This document shows, piece after piece, positions 10,669-22,200 of a stretch of 64,000 nt of DNA. The stretch's first letter is position 1. Every line of letters starts with the position of its first letter. This DNA comes from Epithemia pelagica (lineage: Eukaryota > Protista > Bacillariophyta). Location of the stretch: contig OX337229.1 in the NCBI GenBank assembly GCA_946965045.2, positions 5,208,001 through 5,272,000 of the forward strand, read 5' to 3'. The translations under genes and the position numbers were made by a program. A model generated the notes under the pieces. That model made no database searches. It saw only the letters and a list, made by a program, of their open reading frames with translations, and had not been told where the DNA came from.

Positions 10669-10741
10669 CACCCGATGTGGGGATCGAACCCACGACCACA
10701 CGATTAAGAGTCGTGCGCTCTACCGACTGAGCTAACCGGGC
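10669..10741 (-). tRNA. tRNA-Lys(CUU)
   Basis: 73 nt: GCCCGGTTAGCTCAGTCGGTAGAGCGCACGACTCTTAATCGTGTGGTCGTGGGTTCGATCCCCACATCGGGTG. It folds as a cloverleaf with anticodon CTT and A/B boxes, and has no intron. Confidence 0.97.
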
Positions 10742-11123
10742 ACCATATAATAAGGATTTTGTAAGCAATGTAAACTTGACAACTCAATGTATCACAGACC
10801 TTTGGCAAGCCACCTATTGATATACCAAGACAGGACAAGCCAGGAGCAAGTGTTTGTATCCTATAGCTAGTAGCGTTGGTAATCTAAGTAGTCGTAGTAG
10901 CAACTGCGCAAGAACGGACAGTGACTTCCAGTCGGCTCCATTGTGGCATCCCCTACACACACCAGAGTCTCGAAAGTCTTGTTGTTCCAGGATACAGGAG
11001 AGCTTGACGGTCATGGATTCTGGTTGTCGTTTCGCTGGACAGTAGGTACGGCTGGTGTCGAAGAACGATAAGATGCATGTCCGGGATCGTCCGAACACAG
11101 ATCCACGGTGACTGTGACTGGGA

Positions 11124-13361
11124 TCATGCTGGTGGTGGGACCTCTAGGTTTGGTTCCGCGTGGGTCACTTTTGGTTTCTCGTCCGTAACGGGTGGCGGTG
11201 GTTGGTGTTGCTTGAAGCAGTGGTCCAACAGTGTCGTGGAAGTGCTACTGCCATTTCCACCACCACAACAGGGTTCGGTCCACCATCCCCACAACCAGGC
11301 CGACAAACTTGTCGTCGTCGTCGTCGCGTCGGTGACCACATCTCCCGACGCCAAGGACAACCATGTTGCATCATTGGTCGCGGCACCCTTGTCGTCGTGG
11401 TCGTCGTCGGTCAATGGGGTCGTTGCCACCATCAACTCGTGCGAGCACGTATCTCCCATCGCACGAGTTGCACCTGTGGTGGAGTCCAATTCCGGCTTTT
11501 GGCTCATGGCAGGTTGTGGTTTGCCATCCTCCTGATCCTCCGGGTCGGTTTCCTCTTCGGTCGTTTCCGCTTCTTCGGTCGAATCCAACAAGGAAATGGC
11601 AAACGTTGGGTGGTGGTCGTCTTCCTCGTCGTCGTCGTCGGTATCGGCCGTTGGATCGTGGTAATATTCCGTGGGATCAAACAAGCCATTCGTGTCGTCG
11701 TTGTCGTCGTCGTCCTTGTGGTGACGTGACACGAGGTGAGGGTGCGAGTGGCACCGACGACGACGACGGCCATGACCGCCCAACAAGGAACCATCGGCCG
11801 TGGAAGGACCGCCAAAAAAAGGGTCAGATCGTGACTTGTCTGGATGGTAGTGTGTGGAATAATAGGGAGGACCGGACAGGCTGCGCATCGGTCGTGGTGG
11901 CAGAGGTCGGCGTCGTCGACTCTTGCGACGCGGCGAGGATGATGAAACAGTAGAAGACAGTCGGTGGTGTTGGGTGGTGGACGATGACAAGGACAACAAG
12001 GGCGATACCACGGCCTTGTCGTCGTCCTTGTCATCCAGATGTTGGTTGGTGGTAGTGGTGGCTGTCCTAGTAGACGAGGATACCAAGAGGGAATGTCTTT
12101 CTGTCACGGTTGGAGCAGGACCTGAATTCTCAGGTCCCCCCGTGTCGGGTGGGGGTGGCGAGGGTGGTGGAGACAAGGACACTCCTCCCTCCTGGGACGA
12201 AGATGAGGATGACGATAGCGACAACAATGGTGGTGGTGGAAGGGGAAGAACCATGGGTGGGGATTTCGTCTTGGTTTTTGGTTGTTCCGCACAAACCTGT
12301 TCTTGTTGTTCATGTGGTGATGGCGGTAGCAACAATGGCTCGGTCGGCAGTGGTGTGGTGGGCCGTGGCGAGGATGGAACCACCAGTCGCAGTGGAGCAG
12401 GACGGTCCATACCCTGCCAATGGGGCGGCACAGGACTGGTCGTGGCAATGGCGGTTGTCCTGGTTGTGGTCATCAAGGGGGGAGACGGGGGAGAGGGAGG
12501 AGGAGACGGACGCACCGTTTCCAATGGTGGTGAAGGAGGGCGAGTATCCGGACACGGAGATGGTGGTGGTTGTTCCAGATGGTTGGTTGGAGGAACCAAG
12601 AATTGCAACTCCAATTCGGCTTGCGCGAGCTCGCGTTGCAAATCGAGAATTCCACCATCCTGCGCCACATCCTCATCGTGATCCTCGTCCGAGGAGCAGG
12701 AGGACGAACCAGAGGATGCTCTCGACAGGGCAATGGTGGCGGCCGAACGAAGAACGGGTTCATGCGAGGAACAATAAAAGGAATCGAGGCTCTGATTCAA
12801 TTTGGCTTCCACGAGGCGCAAGGAGGCCTTGAATACTTTGGAAGCTGATGTATTGGGAGTCGGTGTCGGCGACTCGTGGTTCGTGTCCGTGATTGTTGTG
12901 GTTGTCAAGGGAGCCGTCGTTGTCGTCGTCGTCGTCGTGAGGCTCGTGGCAACGGATAATTTTGGAGCTCCTGGTGGTCCTCCTGGTTTGGGAGTTTCCA
13001 CGCAAGGAACCAGGGACGAATGGTGCATCGAGTGGCACGGCGAGGTTCCTTTTTGGAAGACGAGGCTGATATCTCTGGCCTCCATCACTCTGACGTCACA
13101 GTCCGTTTGATGCAATGGGTGGGTCGTTCGTCTCGTTCCTTCCTGCTCGTCCACTACTGGCTGGTGGGCACTGTGCAAAAGGGTGCTGCTGTCGCTGTTG
13201 GACTCTTGGTTGCTTGGACCATGCACAACAGATGTAACGAAAGACTCCATCTTCTTCCCCGTTCTTGGAGGTTTCCAAGGCACACAAGGGAACTCTTGCC
13301 CGAATGTGGTCAATAAAGTGACGTTGCAGTTTGCAGTCGAGAAACGGTGGTCGGTCTTCAA
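11124..13361 (-). CDS. Low-complexity Pro/Ser/Thr/Asp-rich hypothetical protein
   Basis: 745-codon ORF with a short coiled-coil-like segment (LDLQRELAQAELEL) and no recognisable domain; true start uncertain. Confidence 0.55.
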   Translation of the reverse strand: MKTDHRFSTANCNVTLLTTFGQEFPCVPWKPPRTGKKMESFVTSVVHGPSNQESNSDSSTLLHSAHQPVVDEQEGTRRTTHPLHQTDCDVRVMEARDISLVFQKGTSPCHSMHHSSLVPCVETPKPGGPPGAPKLSVATSLTTTTTTTTAPLTTTTITDTNHESPTPTPNTSASKVFKASLRLVEAKLNQSLDSFYCSSHEPVLRSAATIALSRASSGSSSCSSDEDHDEDVAQDGGILDLQRELAQAELELQFLVPPTNHLEQPPPSPCPDTRPPSPPLETVRPSPPPSPPSPPLMTTTRTTAIATTSPVPPHWQGMDRPAPLRLVVPSSPRPTTPLPTEPLLLPPSPHEQQEQVCAEQPKTKTKSPPMVLPLPPPPLLSLSSSSSSSQEGGVSLSPPPSPPPPDTGGPENSGPAPTVTERHSLLVSSSTRTATTTTNQHLDDKDDDKAVVSPLLSLSSSTTQHHRLSSTVSSSSPRRKSRRRRPLPPRPMRSLSGPPYYSTHYHPDKSRSDPFFGGPSTADGSLLGGHGRRRRRCHSHPHLVSRHHKDDDDNDDTNGLFDPTEYYHDPTADTDDDDEEDDHHPTFAISLLDSTEEAETTEEETDPEDQEDGKPQPAMSQKPELDSTTGATRAMGDTCSHELMVATTPLTDDDHDDKGAATNDATWLSLASGDVVTDATTTTTSLSAWLWGWWTEPCCGGGNGSSTSTTLLDHCFKQHQPPPPVTDEKPKVTHAEPNLEVPPPA

Positions 13362-13456
13362 TCTGGCGCTGTCTCAAAAAGTTTATATGGGACGATCACT
13401 GGGAACGGTTGGTAATGAGCAAGACAAACTGCCTAGAGCTATTATTATTTGATGGT

Positions 13457-13480
13457 GATGATGATGATGATGATGATGAT
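13457..13480. repeat. (GAT)8 microsatellite
   Basis: Eight consecutive GAT units. Confidence 0.95.
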
Positions 13481-14040
13481 GAAGTTATTTCTTGTGAGGA
13501 ACTTGCACAATATTGCAACGTTGTCGTTGTGGGCGTTGTTTGTATGTGTCAAGAGCGTCCCAAGGCTTGTTTTTTGATTGGCTCCAATAATGTTCCAGCG
13601 CCAACCCGGCCGGCGGACGCGAAGGATACCTATCACTGAGTTCGGGTGACGGCGAACGCCAGCCCATTTACAGGAATCCATTCGGAAGCAACGGCTCTTC
13701 CCAACAAGAGTCGAGCATGGCGTGACGCAAGTGTCCCGGAGCGTCCTTCTAACTAATCCACGATCAAGATCAAACCATAGAGCGAACGAGAAGCCGTGGC
13801 GTCTCCCCATTTTAAATCTCTGAAATAATTGAGTCCGTTTGACGTGCCGGACACGTGTGCTCTTTCCGAACGGCAAAGGATCGATTGGTAGTTTCAACGG
13901 AAAAGGTAGGGGATAGCTTTTTTTCCCATGTTGTAGTTGTTCCTACTCCTCTATTCTAATGTCCTCAACCCATTTAGAATTGGAGAAAACGAGAAAAAGT
14001 AAAGCCTATGCTCTGAGTCTCTAGGATTTCTCTATGCATT

Positions 14041-17000
14041 TTATAACGTTCCATTTTCTTTGCGTTCAAAGTATTCCTCCAAGGAGATGCCTTGTCGTTT
14101 GCGCTCTCGTTTGCGTTTCTTGGCCATGGCGGCGGCAATCGAATCCGGAGCGGCTGCCCCCACAGCCACCAAGGATGCGGCAATCATGGAATGGTCCTTG
14201 GCCAAGGCTTCTTCGTCAATGACAAACTGGTGGGGTTGATTTACCGTCATGCTCGAGGACAATCCTCCGCCGCCGTCCTCTTGCACCAAATGAGGCGCCG
14301 GAACGTCCTCCTCCTCCTCTTCCATAACCGCATCTTCCGGCGCTGTACCTTCTTTGGTGTCGGAGGCATCTTGTTTCTTGCTGGAGTCTTGTCCTTCTTC
14401 CTGTTTCACGGCAGTATCACCATTTTCGTTTTCATCGTCATCGCCATCCTTGTCTTGGTCTTGTCCGACCTTCCATAGAATCTTGGGCTTGACTTTACGA
14501 CGCGCATACGGATTGAACTCGGCAGCACCTCCACCAGCAGCGTTGTTCCCAGCGTTGCTGGCTTTCGTGGCGTCCTTGTTGGCTTCTCGATCCGCTCGTT
14601 GATTTTCCGCCAACGCACGTTGATTGACCTTGGCCCAATTGCGATCTTTCGATCGAGCGTTGAGACGACGTTTCCGATCTTCCACCTCCTGCAACAGGCG
14701 TTTCTCTTCCAACTGACGCTGATCCAACAGTTCCTTGGCCTTGTTCAATTCCTCTTGCGCATCTCCTACAGCCTTGTTCAAGTCATGCTCATCTTCATTT
14801 TCACCCGCTTCCATTAACCGTGATTTGGATTCCGTCAATTTCCGTTCCGCCTCGGCCAGGCCATCTCGTGCCGCCTGGACGGCAATCGCCACCCGTGTTT
14901 GTTCAGATCCCAAATTTCCCAACGTCTTGCCCAGTTTCTTTTTCTTTTCCAAATTCCGTTCAATGTCTTCGTTGGTATACGTGTAGTTGTTGACTAAGTT
15001 GTCCTGGACACGGCGTAACTTGTTGGCTCGACGTTTGGACAAGACTTCTTGACGGATATTCTTTTGCGCATAGACATATTTTTGGACATCCTTGGCATCC
15101 GGAGGGGCATCGGAAACCAGGCTCATGGGGAATTCTCGTTCACTACTACCGAATTTCAAACGCAGCATTTGGTTGGTCGTAATCGGTTTGTCCCCCTTTT
15201 TGGTCACTGGAAATTTGTAGGTAATGTTGCCCGTCTGAACATCGACAATCTCACACAAACGATACACTTTTTCGTTGGATTCGTCTTCTCCAATAAACAG
15301 ACGGACAAAGCATTCCAACACAGCTGCCTTGAAAAAGGGCTCATTGCACCAACGAGCCAAACGGCGACGAGGAATCGTTACCATTTGATATTCTTCCAGC
15401 GAAGCTTCGACCACAGACGAATCTGCACCCTTCCCGTCCTCCCCTCCCAATTTGCCCTTTTCACCCAACGCGCCCTCTTCATCCCCGGAATCAGCCGCGC
15501 TTTGATCCAAACGTGATACGGCCCCGTCCTTGGTTGTTTCCGTAGCGTGTTGCCAAGGCGCTTCATAGTCGCCGTCCGAATCTTCATCCGAATCATCTCC
15601 AAAGTCTTCCTCACTGTCATCATCACTGTCGGCCGCTCCCGATTGTTGTTTCTGTAATTTACGATTTTTCTTCAAGGCCGCCAAGGCTGCAGCCTTTTTG
15701 CTCTTGGCACCCGTCGCATCCTTATCGCGAATGGATTCGCGTTTTCCTGCACCTGCCAATTTACGAGCCAATTCTTCATCACCTTCTGTGGCGTCTGCTG
15801 GCGTTGCCCCCGAGGATTTGGCTTTTTTCGAAGCTGGTGCCTTTACGTCGCTGTCCGATCCGCGCTTTTTGGATTTGGGTGCCTTGGAAGTGGAACCTCC
15901 TGCGCCCGCCTTGGCTTTCTTGGCTTCTCGAATAGCCTTTTTCATATCGTACTGTTCCTTCAGCTTTTCAAACCGCTCACCGAGAATAGCCTCACGTTCC
16001 AATTCTGGTAGGGAATCCAAATACTTACGATCCTCGTCGTCCCGAATCAGAGCCTCTGTATTATTTTCGTCGAGTTCCATTTCGTCTTCGCCATCATCGT
16101 CCTCGTCACTGCTAATGTCGTCGTCTCCAAAAATTTCTTCATTTTCCTCAATCACAATCTTCTTCCGTGAAGCAGCCGCTCGCTTGGGACGTGCGGGAGA
16201 TGCACTAGAGGCTTTTTTGGGAGAAGGTTTGGTCTTTTTGGCAGCTGGCTTCTTCTTTCCTTTGCTCTTCGAAGGACCTTCTTCGTAGTCATCATCGTCG
16301 TCGTCCTCTTCCGATTCTTCCTCCTCCTCCATTTCCTCTTCTTCTTCAGACTCTTCTTCTTCCTCCTCCTCCTCCTCTTCTTCTTCGGATTCCTCTTTTT
16401 TACGGCGTAACTGCTTACCACCTGCAGGAGACCGACTTATAGAAACAGGTTGCTTTTTCTTGGGAGATGCCGTAGCTTTCCCCTTTTTCGCTTCCGCTTC
16501 CGGTCGTCTCAGTTGTTTGCCACGGGGAGCTGTGGTGACTTTATTGGCAGCACCTTTTTTGGTTGTTGCTGTCTTGGTCTCCGATTCGTCCTCCTCTTCG
16601 TCCTCCTCTTCCGATGCCTTGGGAGAAGCGCGTAATTGTTTGCCACGAACCACAGGTTTCACGACTTTCTTACTGGAGCTTGCTGCCTTTTTCGGTGGAG
16701 CACTTGCTTTGGGTTCCTTTTCTTCTTCGTCGTCGTCTTCATCATTTTGTGTTGGTGGACGTAGTTGCTTTCCTCTGCGAGGACTTGGTTGTACCTTTAC
16801 TGTAGGCTTAATGGAGGAAGATGGTTTGGGTGCCGCAGCCGCCTTTGAATCCGTTGTTTCCTTGGCCTGAGGGGGGCGCAGTTGTTTGCCACGACCGACA
16901 GGTTTTGCTACAACTTGTTGCGTTTTGGTTTCCTTGACTGGAGGTTCTTCTTCCTCCTCCTCTTCTTCGTCATCCTCATCCGAATCCTCTACTTCGTCTC

Positions 17001-18377
17001 CGGGAGGTGGCCGCAAGAGAGACAACATTTTCCCACCTCCCCGAGGAACTACACGAATCGGTTGTTGTGGTGGTGGTGGTGCCGGTGCCGGAGCTGCCGG
17101 TGTAGGTGCCACAACTGCTTCAGGTTGTGTGTGTAGATTGTCTTCTTTGGCAGCTGCCGTCAAGTCTTCAACCTCCATGGCCGACCCTTTCCCTTCCTGA
17201 TCCTCGTCCTCATCTTCCTCGTCGTCTTCTTGAGGTGGAGGCTGCATGCGCATCAAACTTTTCCCGCCACCGCGGCGAGCCACTTGCACGGTTTGCGTTC
17301 GAGGAGGCTCCGGTGCTTCTTCTTCCTCATCATCGTCCTCGTCTTCTTCGTCCTCAGCTGGTGGTGGTCGCATCCTCATTAAACTCTTACCACCCCCACG
17401 CGGGTGGTGGGCTACTTGTACTCGTTCCACAGTGGGCTCTTTTGAGGCATGATTGTCGTCGCCATCTTTGAGGTCTTCGTCGTCATCCTCAAGTTCTTCA
17501 TTTTCGTCGTCGTCATCTTCTTCTTCTGGTGGAGGAGGCATGCGCATCAGGCTTTTTCCTCCACCCCGGGGCGCAACCTGTACTCGTTGTACCTGCGCTG
17601 GCTCTTGCTCTGCCTCCTTCAAGTCCTCTTCATCGTCCTTGAGTTCCTCGTCTTCGTCATCATCATCGTCGTCATCCTCCTCATGTGCAGGTGGAGGCAT
17701 TCGAAGAAGACTCTTACCACCACCTCGTTGCGCTAGTTGCACACGATGAACGGGTGCTGCGGGTTCTTCTTCTTCATCGTCATCGTCTTCATCGTCATCT
17801 TCGTCCTCTTCTTCCGCAGGTGGTCGCATTCTCATCAAACTCTTCCCGCCGCCTCGAGGATGATGATGTTGCTGAGGTTGTACCCGAACCGGCTCGGTCT
17901 CTTCCTCCTCGTCGTCCTTCAAATCTTCTTCATCGTCTTTGAGTTCTTCGTCCGAATCATCCTCGTCGTCGTCGTCCGCAGGCCTGCATTAGTGTCAATC
18001 AACAGTTTTATGTAAGTTCACCTCTTCATCAAGACACTTCCTCCAGAACTCGGACCAGCAGAATGCAACGCTTGCTTGTTGTTGTCTTTCTCTCCACTTA
18101 CCCCGGTGGTCGGAGATATTTCCCTCCCGCAGGTCGTTGAAATTGCTTGCCACCCCCTCGAAAGGCTACGGCAGCTGCGGCATGCGGTTGGGACGGAGGC
18201 TGCGTTTCCAAGCGCTCTTCCTCTTCTTCTTCGTCATCCTCGTCGTCGTCATCGTCATCGTCCGAATCCGATTCGTCGTCGACTGGGCCTCCTCCTTGGG
18301 GTGGACGAAAATACTTGCCGCCACCGCCACTGCCCATGGCACTCAATTGTTTGCCTCCCCCACGGCTGGGAGCCACA

Positions 18378-18410
<33 letters not shown>

Positions 18411-18677
18411 GGCCGCGAACTGGGTTCGTCCGAATCGTCATCGTCGTCAAACCGCCGTTTTTGTTCGCCAGGAAAGGTACGACGAATGTTGGGCTGTGAC
18501 CGACAACAACATACAAGCAAACCCCGAATCCAACGGTTTATGGTCGGTGCAAAGAAAGGATCAAAGAAATGAGTCGTTGGAGCAAGACAATCAAGTCTAC
18601 CAATCCTTTCGTGCTCCATTTGGAAATGGTACCTTTTGGACTGTTTGGAAGACCAGTTTCGACACACGACGTACCAT
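14041..18677 (-). CDS. RTF1: RTF1 (Paf1 complex subunit) with a very long repetitive N-terminal arm
   Basis: HMD-like DEDRKYLDSLPELEREAILGER and Plus3 VTIPRRRLARWCNEPFFKAAVLECFVRLFIG. Model join(18675-18677, 18102-18493, 14041-17983). Introns 18494-18674 (GTACGT..CACAG) and 17984-18101 (GTAAGT..CTAATGCAG) are both frame-compatible. Confidence 0.9.
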
Positions 18678-19296
18678 CTTATAACAATACCTCCACGATA
18701 ATCAATTTAGATTCCCTATACGAAAAGGAGCAGAGAGAACTCTGGACGTGGGAGAGAAGCAACACCGACAAGGCACAGCAACGGGTCCACCCAGATGTAC
18801 TTGATCATTGTGGCATCTCGCTTATCCTAAACCCAGGCGCTTACTGGATATATCGTTCATATACTTCTTCTAACCTCTTATGCTTGAATCTCTGAGGATT
18901 TGAGCAGTCGCAGATAAAGGAATAGCACTACTTTTCATTACGCTTCAGCAACTTTGCGTCACGTTTGGTCGTGATACATATGTGTGATCTTCGACAAATT
19001 GTACCTTTGCGACACAGGTGCGACGCAATAAATATTACCGTGAGGGAGTACCATATTATCCTTTTTTTTGGTGTGACAGATCGAAGTTGCTCTGAAAAGA
19101 GGATCCATCCCATGACGATGGAGGAACTACCACTACGATAGGTCGTGTTCCAAAACGTCCTGTTGTGGCACATCCTATTCGAGTAGATTCAAAGGGTGTT
19201 ATTATGTATCCAAACAGATTTGTCGGCTGCTGCCACTGCTGTGGAATGGGCAGACTCTTGACCTTCTACATTTCTCTAGCCTTGGGCTTGTTGTTG

Positions 19297-22200
19297 TCAT
19301 CGTCGTCGTCCAGTAGTTTTTTGGAGCAACAAGGAGTGTTCGAGGGCCGTCAAACCCAGCACCCACAAGGTCAAGACCATCCAGGCCAGGCGGACCGAAC
19401 CCAAGGGCCAATAGCCCATGGTGGCGGCCAAGACATTGCCATTTTGCAAGACACAGGTGGCAAAACTTTGACAGGATGGAACTTCTCCCAAATGATCCGT
19501 ATTGTGCTCGTATTGATTCAAAACGACACCGGCACTGGCCCAAAATCGTGGAAACACCGCAAACAGCCATTGCAACTGTTGGGGAGCCTTGTGAGGTCCC
19601 ACCAAAATGCCGGCAAAACACAAATTGAGGAGCAAAAACACGAGGTGAATGCGAAAGAAACCACTCTGACCATCAAACCACAAGCTTAAACATCGACCAA
19701 AGGTGACAGTCACCACCAACAAGGCCTGGCCCAAGACAACCTGATTCCAAATCAAAATGAGAGATGTGGTCCAGTTCAAAATAGCAAACCCAAGGACCGT
19801 GGCCACGGTTAAGGATACCAAAGGAATACTGAGGGAATGCACCAAACTGGCCACGTGATAGGAAGCGACGGTAATGCGGCCATCTTGCAATTCGGCTTTG
19901 TGATCGAGCCAGAGTTGCGCACCGAACAATACATGAATCTGAAACAATAAAATGGGAACAAACAAAAAGACCACGGCCCCCAAGGTTACCGTTTTGGGCG
20001 AGTAAGGATCCAGTCGCAACAAGCCAGCCATGAGAGCGACCACGAGGGGTGTCACGACCAAATCCAACCATCCAGACCCATACTGCAATCGCATGCGACG
20101 TCCCATGGCACCCACTTGAGACAAGGCCGATCGATTCTTCGTTTTGTGGTCTTGTGGGGATTGTTGGTGTGGAAGAATGATGGTTGTGTCATGAACCGTT
20201 GAGTCGTGGGGACTGGAGGTCGACACAATGGTGGAGGAGGATGACGATGCGAATGTTTCATTTTGTTGTTGATTCCTACTCGTATCCAACAAATCGTTGG
20301 AACCCGTCTTGTTCTGTTTGTACAATGCCAAATTGCGTTGGACAAACGAAGGCAACCGGCCATGACGAATCACACGCCCCATGACTTCGGACAGTCGCAT
20401 GGAATGTGCCGGTCCTTGTGGCAGTGCATCACGTTCCGCCTTGTTCTTGTCGATTCTTGGCTGTTGCAATACCAACTCCAGGTCTCGTCGTGATTCGTTC
20501 AAGACGACGCGACCCTTTTGGAGGACGACCAATTGATCCAATTGAGACAAGGTTTCGTCCGAAGGTTGATGCAAGGATACCAGGACAGTACACTGGCGTC
20601 GTTGCACCCAGGAACGACGCAACAAGTGCAAGATGCGACGTGTCGTGGCACTGTCCAACCCTGAAAGAGGCTATAGATATACAGGGAGAGAGAGAGAGAA
20701 AAAGTCCCAACCACATTCGAACCCAAAACGTGTCGTGAGCACGAACTGCATCGTGGGATCCTCATTCAATACACCATCGTTGGGTTCCACAAAACGTACC
20801 TCATCCAACAACAAGACAAACGGATTGGTCATTAAGGCAGCCGCCACGGCCAAGACTCGTCGTTGTCCTCCACTACATTGGTGAATGCGCGCAGAGTGAA
20901 ACGATCCCAGGGTGGATGGAACCGAGGCCAAACGAACAGTGTCAGTGGCACGCCTGGGGTTATGAACACTGTTGTTTCCCTTGTCAAGATGATCATTGTT
21001 ACCGTCGTCTGGGTGATTGTCCGGAACTCTCTGTCCTTCCCGACTTTTACTATTGCTGGCAAGGCTGGCAACCTTCAAGGATGGCGTTGCTGCTGAATGG
21101 ATCTCAGTAAGACCACAGTCGGTGTTTTCCTCATAAGCTAGAGCGTCATCATGGGCGACCTGATCCGAGTGCAAAGCCTTTGTATGCTGGTGCACATTCA
21201 ATCGCTCAAATCCCAACATGGACAAGACATCGAGTGCACCATGGTCAATGGTCTGCGCCAAGTCTACGTCACTGATGGGATTGCTCGTGACACTAACATG
21301 ATCGCGGTTTGCTTCCTTATCGCTGTGAAAGACCACTTTCTCGCTTTCCTGGTCCAACGGATCATCGTCGTTGATCATATTCTCATTCTCTCCTTCTTCC
21401 TCCTCCTCCTCCTCTTCTTCATCTCTGCCCAGGAAAAAGGGAATGACAAATCGGAGTACCTCCTCCATGACGTTGTAATCCGCTCGATACAAATCCGCGC
21501 TCGATATCAAAAAGGATACCGGTGTCATGTGTCCCATGGTCACGACATCCGATTGTCGTAAGTACGTTGTATGCTTCAGGTTTCGTTGGACTCCAGCAAC
21601 AGATGATGATGATTGGGTCATGGAACCAGATTCGGTCAACTGAACCTCCGATCGAAGCTGCCCGCTCAAGGCACCCATCTGTTTCCCGGCTTGCTTTCAA
21701 AATGGATATTGTCAAGCAATTTCACTTCTTGTGATTCAGACGGCGATTGCAGACCATGTCGAAAAAAAGAGTTCCCAAGACAGTTTCTCTTGGATTCCGA
21801 CATGACTGTGGCTGTCAATCCCTGGACCACAATACCATGCGTATTCACATCGCATGCCAACGTACGATCACATGCTCCTTGGCGAACGGAACGCGCCTCG
21901 CCCTCTTCTAGATGCCGCCCCTCTCGGGCCGCCTCCAAGTCATTACAACTGCAGTTACTTTCCTCGGCACTGGCAAGACTCAGATCCTCTGCATGATTTG
22001 TCTCGTGTGTATTCTGGTTTTGCTGGCCTTTGAAACTCCGACTCAAGCTTGCGGTGTATGCCGTCGTCACCGAGGAAAGTACATTGGTATCCTTCTTTTT
22101 GTTCTTGTTGAAGGTTGAATTGGATTCTACGGGTTCCTTCTTCCCCACCCTGCCCTTGTGGACTGAGAAACAAGAGTGAGTCGCTGGAAAGTGAAGGATC

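Noticed and set aside
14092-18684. Plus-strand ORFs with poly-Ser, poly-Cys and poly-Val runs (for example 15698-16288 and 18147-18572)
   Set aside because: Antisense shadows of the Glu/Asp/Gln codon runs of RTF1.
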